From positions 1 to 22,183 of the forward strand of contig JADGOQ010000008.1 in the NCBI GenBank assembly GCA_017882885.1: a stretch of 22,183 nt of DNA, given 5' to 3'. Position 1 is the first letter of the stretch, and every line of letters begins with the position of its first letter. Of the stretch, positions 17,504-22,183 are shown one piece after another. Under the pieces are notes generated by a model. That model was not told the origin of the DNA. It made no database searches and was given only the letters and a program-made list of their open reading frames with translations. Source of the DNA: Actinomycetales bacterium (GTDB lineage: Bacteria > Actinomycetota > Actinomycetes > Actinomycetales > Actinomycetaceae). The position numbers and the translations under genes were made by a program.

Positions 17504-17529
17504 TGTCGTGTCCTTCCGCGAGCTTAATT

Positions 17530-17548
17530 GGATATCTATATGATATCC
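17530..17548. promoter_or_regulatory. AT-rich palindrome GGATATC-N5-GATATCC in the SPFH/VOC divergent promoter region
   Basis: Seen directly: a 7-bp perfect inverted-repeat with a 5-bp spacer, in the only AT-rich island of the window (17521-17560). It overlaps the candidate SPFH promoter on the minus strand (-35 TTGCCC 17569..17564, 18-nt spacer, -10 TATCAT 17545..17540). Confidence 0.45.
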
Positions 17549-17600
17549 CATTTGGGAGCCCTCGGGCAAGGGTGGGATGCAGGGCGGGTGGCCTCGACCA

Positions 17601-17629
17601 TTGACGTGCCCGGGTCCGCGAACCATAGT
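17601..17629 (+). promoter_or_regulatory. Candidate sigma-A-type promoter driving a leaderless VOC-family gene
   Basis: -35 TTGACG (17601-17606), 17-nt spacer, -10 CATAGT (17624-17629). The predicted TSS lies about 7 nt downstream, coinciding with the A of ATG 17636, and no SD is present. Confidence 0.4.
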
Positions 17630-17635
17630 CGGACG

Positions 17636-18112
17636 ATGACGACCGCGATCACTTGCCTCTGGTACGACTTTCAGGCCGAAGAGGCCGCCGACTTCTACAC
17701 CTCCCTCATCCCGGACGCCCACCTGGGTGCGGTGACCCGCTACCCCGAGGGCAGCCCTGGCGAATTGGCGGGGAAGGCGCTCACCGTCGAGTTCGAGATC
17801 GCGGGGCAGCGCTTCGTCGGCCTCAACGGCGGGCCGGAGTTCCCCTTCACGGAAGCCGTCTCGATCCAGCTGCTCTGCGACAGCCAGGACGAGGTAGACC
17901 GTTACTGGGACGCCCTGACCACCGACGGCGGCGCCGAGTCCGTGTGCGGGTGGCTGAAGGACCGCTGGGGCCTGTCCTGGCAGATCGTCCCCACGCGCCT
18001 CACGGAACTCCTCAAGGACCCGGACCCCGCGGTCGCCGGCCGGGTGAACGCGGCCATGATGCAGATGCGGAAGATCGACGTCCCCACCCTCGAGGCCGCC
18101 GCGGCCGGCTAG
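17636..18112 (+). CDS. VOC-family protein, PhnB-like (3-demethylubiquinone-9 3-methyltransferase-domain fold)
   Basis: MTTAITCLWYDFQAEEAADFYTSLIPDA...LTVEFEIAGQRFVGLNGGPEFPFTEAVSIQLLCDSQDEVDRYWDAL matches the PhnB-like VOC family. Product is 158 aa. The ORF-track start at 17528 adds rare-codon residues and is rejected. Confidence 0.75.
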   Translation: MTTAITCLWYDFQAEEAADFYTSLIPDAHLGAVTRYPEGSPGELAGKALTVEFEIAGQRFVGLNGGPEFPFTEAVSIQLLCDSQDEVDRYWDALTTDGGAESVCGWLKDRWGLSWQIVPTRLTELLKDPDPAVAGRVNAAMMQMRKIDVPTLEAAAAG

Positions 18113-18140
18113 CTGGGAGGCGGCCGGCTAGCCGGCCCGC
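18100..18140. terminator. Bidirectional GC-rich hairpin between convergent genes; stop codons of both genes lie in the repeat arms
   Basis: GCCGGCTAGC (about 18104-18113) and GCTAGCCGGC (about 18127-18136) form a 10-bp inverted repeat with a 13-nt loop. A GCGGCCGGCTAGC direct repeat is also present. The VOC gene stop (TAG 18110-18112) and the DinB-like gene stop (18128-18130, minus strand) both sit in the CTAG cores. Confidence 0.4.
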
Positions 18141-18703
18141 GGCCCGGGTCCGAGCGGCCGTCCAACGTCGTGCAGGTGGTGGAGGACGTCGTGCAGGAAG
18201 TACTGGCACAGCGTCAGCACCGTGAACTCCGACCCGTTCGAGCGCACGCCCCGCCTGCCCTCCTGCTCGGGACCGACCTCCCGCACGCGGGCGGCGAACG
18301 CCCCGACGGCGGCCACCAGCGCCGTCGCGACCTCGGCGGGCGCCTCAGCGGCATAGTCGCCCGCGATCGCGGCCGCGTCCTGGTCCCAATCCGGGAACGA
18401 CGGCGTCGCCTCCGCGAGCATGAGGTCCAGCCGGGTGCGGAAGACCCGGGCAACGTCGCGGACGTGGGCGGCATACTCGGTCGGCGACCACGTGCGGGGA
18501 CGCGGGCGGGTGCGCAGGTGGGCGGCGTCGTCGGCCGCGAGGAGGTCCACCCAGTCCCGGCCGGCGCGCTCGGTGAGGTCCGCCACCTCGGCGAGAGAGT
18601 ACTCGTACGCCGCCACGCCACATTGCGGGCAACGCTCGCGCAGGACCCAGGTCCAGTCCTTCCTGTCCGGTGGGGGCGGTTCGGGGCGGTCGTGCTCAGT
18701 CAT
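18128..18703 (-). CDS. DinB/MDMPI_N-like (DinB_2) putative metal-binding protein
   Basis: TWSPTEYAAHVRDVARVFRTRLDLM...FTVLTLCQYFLHDVLHHLHDV shows a His-rich pattern as in DinB_2 / mycothiol maleylpyruvate isomerase N-terminal-like proteins. A CPQCG motif lies near the N-terminus. The start is taken as ATG 18703 (MTEHDRPEPPPP), because ORF-track start 18760 would overlap the divergent neighbour. Family assignment is tentative. Confidence 0.5.
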   Translation of the reverse strand: MTEHDRPEPPPPDRKDWTWVLRERCPQCGVAAYEYSLAEVADLTERAGRDWVDLLAADDAAHLRTRPRPRTWSPTEYAAHVRDVARVFRTRLDLMLAEATPSFPDWDQDAAAIAGDYAAEAPAEVATALVAAVGAFAARVREVGPEQEGRRGVRSNGSEFTVLTLCQYFLHDVLHHLHDVGRPLGPGPRAG

Positions 18704-18737
18704 CCGCCCATGATGCCAGCGCCGCGGCGGATCCGGA

Positions 18738-18968
18738 ATGTCGCGCGACCGCGTGGGCACTTCGGGTTACACGGCCGACGTCGTCAACCTCTCGCTCGAG
18801 ACCATGGAGGCGCTGGTCGAGCGCTTCCGCATCGCGGCCAACCCGCCGGACATCCTCATCTCCGTGCCGAGCAACGTGTGCTCCACCTTCGACTTCCACC
18901 GCGCGAACGAGGTCATCGAGGTGGGGCGCGCGCTCACGGCCGCGGAGTTGGACCGCGCTGGATTCTAG
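18738..18968 (+). CDS. Hypothetical small protein (76 aa)
   Basis: The ORF has very high GC3, consistent with real coding. It occupies the gap between two minus-strand genes. No family recognised (LSLETMEALVERFRIAANPPDILISVPSNVCSTFDFHRANEVIEVG). Confidence 0.4.
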   Translation: MSRDRVGTSGYTADVVNLSLETMEALVERFRIAANPPDILISVPSNVCSTFDFHRANEVIEVGRALTAAELDRAGF

Positions 18969-18978
18969 GGGTCGCGAG

Positions 18979-19674
18979 TCAGAGGGTCGAGCCGTACCCC
19001 GCGACACCCCGCGGCGCCACACCCAGGTGGTTCTCCACCCTTCTCACTCCGGGGGTGTTCTCGGCGGCCACCTCCGCGGCGTTCTTCTCCTTCTGGCTCT
19101 CCACCAGCCCCCACAGCTCGACAACACCATCGGAGACGACGACGTTGATGGGCGAGAACTGGTCCCCGAGAACGGACTCGATCTCTTTCAGGATGGACTC
19201 GCGGATGGCCTTGTCATCGCCGGCGACCACGGACTCGCGTGCCTGTGCGGACACCGCGCGCAGGACGTCGGTCCGCGTCACGATCCCCACCAGCGTCCCG
19301 CCGCGCACGACGGGCACCACCTTGATGTTGTGCTCGCGAATCAGCTTGCCCACCGCCTCCAGCGGGGTGTCCTCCGCGACGGTGAACGGCTTCGGCGTCA
19401 TGACCTCCAGTGCCGTGCGGCCGTGGGACTTGACGTAGTCGCCCGCAAGGTCGGCGCCGGAGGGGACCGTCCTCCGCCACCACGACCTGCGCCCTGCTTC
19501 GTCGACCCGGCGCACCAGGTCTCCCTCGGTCACGACTCCGATGACCCTCTGCTCGGCGTCCACCACCGGAACTCCGTTGAGGTGGTTGTCGAGGAGCGTC
19601 TTGATGATTTCCTTGACTTCGGTGTCTGGGCCAATCGTGATCACGTTCGTGGTCATGACGTCAGATGCTTCCAC
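18979..19674 (-). CDS. CBS-domain pair protein with C-terminal BON domain
   Basis: Two CBS motifs (VMTTNVITIGPDTEVKEIIKTLLDNHLNGVPVVD and VMTPKPFTVAEDTPLEAVGKLIREHNIKVVPVV) are followed by a BON-like C-terminus (INVVVSDGVVELWGLVESQKEKNAAEVAAENTPGVRRVEN). GTG start 19674 with a GGGAGG SD 7 nt upstream. Confidence 0.85.
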   Translation of the reverse strand: MEASDVMTTNVITIGPDTEVKEIIKTLLDNHLNGVPVVDAEQRVIGVVTEGDLVRRVDEAGRRSWWRRTVPSGADLAGDYVKSHGRTALEVMTPKPFTVAEDTPLEAVGKLIREHNIKVVPVVRGGTLVGIVTRTDVLRAVSAQARESVVAGDDKAIRESILKEIESVLGDQFSPINVVVSDGVVELWGLVESQKEKNAAEVAAENTPGVRRVENHLGVAPRGVAGYGSTL

Positions 19675-19885
19675 GGTGATGCCTCCCTGACGGCGGAGGG
19701 GGCGATTTGCCCCAACATTTCAATATTTCCCTGTGTGAGGTGGGCCACAAGGTCGCCGGCGCTCATCAAGGATGCCCGCCTTGCGGAAGTGGCGACCCCG
19801 ACCCAGTGCCCTTCGTCCCGCGGCTATCATCAGCACACGGGCAGCACCTGCCGCGCGACCCGATCGCACGGCGTCAGGAGGGACA

Positions 19886-20815
19886 GTGGGCCACGACCAC
19901 GGCCACCCCCAGTCGGGGCACGCCCACGCCGCCACCCCCCGCAAGCGCCTCGCGATCGCCTTCACGATCACGTTCGCGATCCTGCTCGCCGAGGTGGTGG
20001 GCGCGTGGTTGACCGGCAGCCTCGCCCTCCTCGTGGACGCCGGCCACATGCTCACCGACGCCGGCGGGCTGCTCCTGGCGTTGGTGGCCGCCACCCTCGC
20101 CCTGCGGCCCGCCACGACCCGCCACACGTGGGGATTCCGCCGCGCCGAGGTGCTCGCGGCCGGAGCTCAGGCCACCGTCCTGCTCGCGGTCGGCACCTAC
20201 GCCTTCGTCGAGGGAATCCAGCGCCTCGCCACGCCGCCCGAGGTGAGCTCCGCGGAACTGCTGGCGTTCGGCGTGATCGGCATGGTCGGAAACGTCGCCT
20301 CGGCGCTGGTCCTCGCCGGCGGCCGGTCCGCGAACCTGAATATGCGCGCGGCGTTCCTCGAGGTGGTCAATGACGCGCTCGGGTCGGCGGCGGTGATCGC
20401 CTCCGCCGTCGTCATCGCCACGACGGGCTGGACGCGGGCCGACGCCGTCGCCGGCATGGTCATCAGTGTCCTGATCGTCCCGCGCGCGCTCGCGATCCTG
20501 CGGGAGGCGGGCAGCGTGCTGCTGGAGTCGACCCCCCGCGGCCTGGACCTCGACGAGGTGCGGCGGCACATCATGGAGTTGCCGCACGTCGTCGGGGTGC
20601 ACGACCTGCACGCCTCCACGATCGCCTCCGGCCTGCCGGTGCTCTCGGCGCACGTGGTGCTCGATGACTCATGCTTCACGGACGGCCACGCCCCGGAGAT
20701 GCTGGACGAGTTGCAGGACTGCGTGGCCGAGCACTTCGACGTCAGCGTGGCGCACTCGACGTTCCAGTTCGAGCGGGCCAAGCACGCGGACCACGAGCGG
20801 GACGCGCACCAGTAG
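19886..20815 (+). CDS. Cation diffusion facilitator (CDF) family metal efflux transporter (CzcD/ZitB-like)
   Basis: His-rich N-terminus (GHDHGHPQSGHAHAA). Six TM helices with CDF signatures (LAIAFTITFAILLAEVVGAWLTGSLALLVDAGHMLTDAGGLL; HTWGFRRAEVLAA). A C-terminal cytoplasmic domain follows. The start is taken as GTG 19886 after an AGGAGGG SD; the ORF-track N-terminal extension from 19772 is unlikely. Confidence 0.85.
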   Translation: MGHDHGHPQSGHAHAATPRKRLAIAFTITFAILLAEVVGAWLTGSLALLVDAGHMLTDAGGLLLALVAATLALRPATTRHTWGFRRAEVLAAGAQATVLLAVGTYAFVEGIQRLATPPEVSSAELLAFGVIGMVGNVASALVLAGGRSANLNMRAAFLEVVNDALGSAAVIASAVVIATTGWTRADAVAGMVISVLIVPRALAILREAGSVLLESTPRGLDLDEVRRHIMELPHVVGVHDLHASTIASGLPVLSAHVVLDDSCFTDGHAPEMLDELQDCVAEHFDVSVAHSTFQFERAKHADHERDAHQ

Positions 20816-20821
20816 GCCGTG

Positions 20822-21064
20822 TCAGATCCTGGCCCTCAGGTAGGTGAGCACGTCCCGCAGGGTGACAAGCCCGGCGTAGTCGGCCTCCGGGATGTCGACA
20901 GCCAGGTCCTGGTGCAGGCCGATCAGGAAGGTCAGCCAGTCCAGCGAGTCGAGGTCCACCTGGGTGCGGAGTGGTTTGGTGTCCCGCAGGTCGTCGTCCT
21001 CCACCTCGGGTGCGACCCGCTTCAACGCGGCGATGACGGTCGCCCGCAGTTCGTCGTCGGTCAT
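20822..21064 (-). CDS. Acyl carrier protein (standalone, phosphopantetheine-binding)
   Basis: 80 aa with the PPant attachment motif VDLDSLDWLTFLIGL (DSL serine). ATG 21064 overlaps the stop of the upstream E2 gene (ATGA). Confidence 0.75.
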   Translation of the reverse strand: MTDDELRATVIAALKRVAPEVEDDDLRDTKPLRTQVDLDSLDWLTFLIGLHQDLAVDIPEADYAGLVTLRDVLTYLRARI

Positions 21065-22183
21065 GACAGTCCCTTTCCACCCTCCGTGGCCGGCTTGTCG
21101 AGGTCCTCAGGCCGTTGTAGCCAGTCGCGCAGGGCGGCCAGGAAGAGTGCCCCACGGTGTCCGTCGGACACGCGGTGGTCGGCGGCGAGGCTGGCGGTGA
21201 CCACCGGCGCGACGCCGAGCACGCCGTCGTCGACCCAGGGCCGGACGGCGATCCGGCCGAAACCGACGATCGCGACCTGCGGCGGATAGATGACGGCGTG
21301 GACGGCCTCGACGCCCTGGTCGCCGAGGTTGGTGACGGTGATGGTGGGGTCGGACAGCTCCGAGCTCTTCAGGGACCCGGAGCGCACCCGCCGCACGAGG
21401 TCGGTGAGGTCGGCCATGAGCTCGCTGAGGCTCTTGTCGCCGACGTCGTGGATCGCCGGCGCGACCAGCCCGCCCTGCCGCAGCGAGATGGCGACGCCGA
21501 CGTGCGCCGCCCTGACCGGCTCGAACGCGCCGTCCCGGAAGAAGCCGTTCAGCTCCGGGAAGTCGGTGAGCGCCAGCGCCACCGCCTTCAGTTGCACCAC
21601 CGCCATCAGCAGCCGGTCGGTGATCGGGCGTGCGGCATTGGCGGCGGTCAGCCAGTCCACTGCCCGGCCCATCGGGACCGGCTCGGAGAGGTAGTAGTGC
21701 GGGATCTCGCGCTTCGAGCGGCTCATCGCGGCCGCGATGGCCTGCCGCATCGCGGCCTGCCGGTCACCGCCCGCGGGTTCGAGGGGCGGAGGTGATTCGG
21801 CGGGCGGGGTGGCGGCCGCTGCCCGAGTGGCGACCGCAGCGTCGACGTCGGCGAGCGTGACCGCGCCGCCGGGGCCGCTGCCGACGACGGCGCCCACGTC
21901 GACGCCGAGCTTCTCGGCGCGTTTGCGCGCGGCCGGCGAGACGAGCGGCCGGGGCCGGAGCCTCGCCGAGCACCTCGCCCGGCTCGAGCAGTGTCGCCAT
22001 GACCTCGCCCACCGGGATCTTCTCCCCGACCTCGGTGATCAGCTCCTGGACCGTGCCCTCGAACCAGATCTCGACCTCGATGGCGGCCTTGGAGGTGTCG
22101 ACGACTGCCACCACTTGGCCCTTCGTCACGTGGTCGCCGGGCTGCACGAGCCACTCGAGGAGTTTGCCCTCGTCCATGTCGGC
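21061..22183 (-). CDS. 2-oxoacid dehydrogenase E2-type acyltransferase (lipoyl domain, subunit-binding domain, catalytic domain); 5' end beyond window; apparent frameshift in linker
   Basis: The frame ending at 21061 encodes the peripheral subunit-binding domain (SPAARKRAEKLGVDVGAVVGSGPGGAVTLADV) and a catalytic domain with DHRVSDGHRGALFLAAL (the DHRxxDG active site). A different frame (ORF 21764..22177, open to the window edge) encodes a lipoyl domain (GDHVTKGQVVAVVDTSKAAIEVEIWFEGTV...) that then runs into Arg-rich out-of-frame residues. The two frames must be joined in the Ala/Pro linker around 21930-21970. Confidence 0.7.

Noticed and set aside
19700-19760. AT-richer stretch (atttgccccaacatttcaatatttccctgtgtgagg) in the CBS/CDF divergent intergenic region as a possible metal-responsive operator
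   Set aside because: No convincing inverted or direct repeat was found beyond short AATATT, and promoter hexamers are ambiguous. The evidence is too weak for a feature call.
1-22183. CRISPR arrays, rRNA, tRNA, integrase or transposase genes
   Set aside because: No regularly spaced repeats, no rRNA-like conserved blocks, no tRNA cloverleaf candidates, and no DDE/tyrosine-recombinase-like ORFs were seen. The only mobile-type gene is the DUF222/HNH ORF.

Overview
This is a high-GC (~70%) actinobacterial chromosomal window, Micrococcales-like by codon usage and protein families. It is densely coded with many ATGA/GTGA start-stop overlaps. Motif coordinates I derived by hand-counting may be off by 1-2 nt; ORF-track coordinates were used as anchors.

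Content, left to right:
1. A heme biosynthesis block: hemD (5' partial), hemB and hemL on the plus strand. A radical-SAM/SPASM gene translationally coupled to hemY (cgoX) converges on hemL from the minus strand.
2. A vapBC toxin-antitoxin pair abutting and overlapping the 3' end of tag (DNA-3-methyladenine glycosylase I).
3. A hypothetical gene.
4. A five-gene, fully translationally coupled operon: padR, a HAAS/DUF1700-DUF1648 membrane sensor, a PLDc_N small membrane protein, an ABC ATPase and an ABC-2 permease, with a palindromic operator upstream.
5. A DUF222/HNH (REP13E12-like) endonuclease gene.
6. An alkyltransferase-like (ATL, PWWRV) MGMT-family gene.
7. An arsR-MFS-alkZ/ycaQ-like operon. 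An 18-bp perfect palindrome sits at the arsR start and a 14-bp perfect tandem duplication forms the MFS/AlkZ junction.
8. On the minus strand, an SPFH/band-7 gene followed by an Arc-type ribbon-helix-helix (RHH) gene, driven from an AT-rich palindromic promoter island.
9. A leaderless VOC/PhnB-like gene; a DinB/MDMPI_N-like gene; a small hypothetical gene; a CBS-BON gene; and a CDF metal exporter.
10. At the right edge, a 2-oxoacid-dehydrogenase E2-type acyltransferase (5' partial, apparent frameshift in its linker) translationally coupled to a standalone ACP.

No rRNA, tRNA or CRISPR array was found.

The most interesting candidates are:
- the ATL plus ArsR-MFS-AlkZ-like genotoxin-defence cassette, with its junction-forming tandem repeat;
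- the rSAM/SPASM gene coupled to cgoX;
- the E2-ACP pair;
- the vapBC/tag junction, with a truncated antitoxin and tag read-through.
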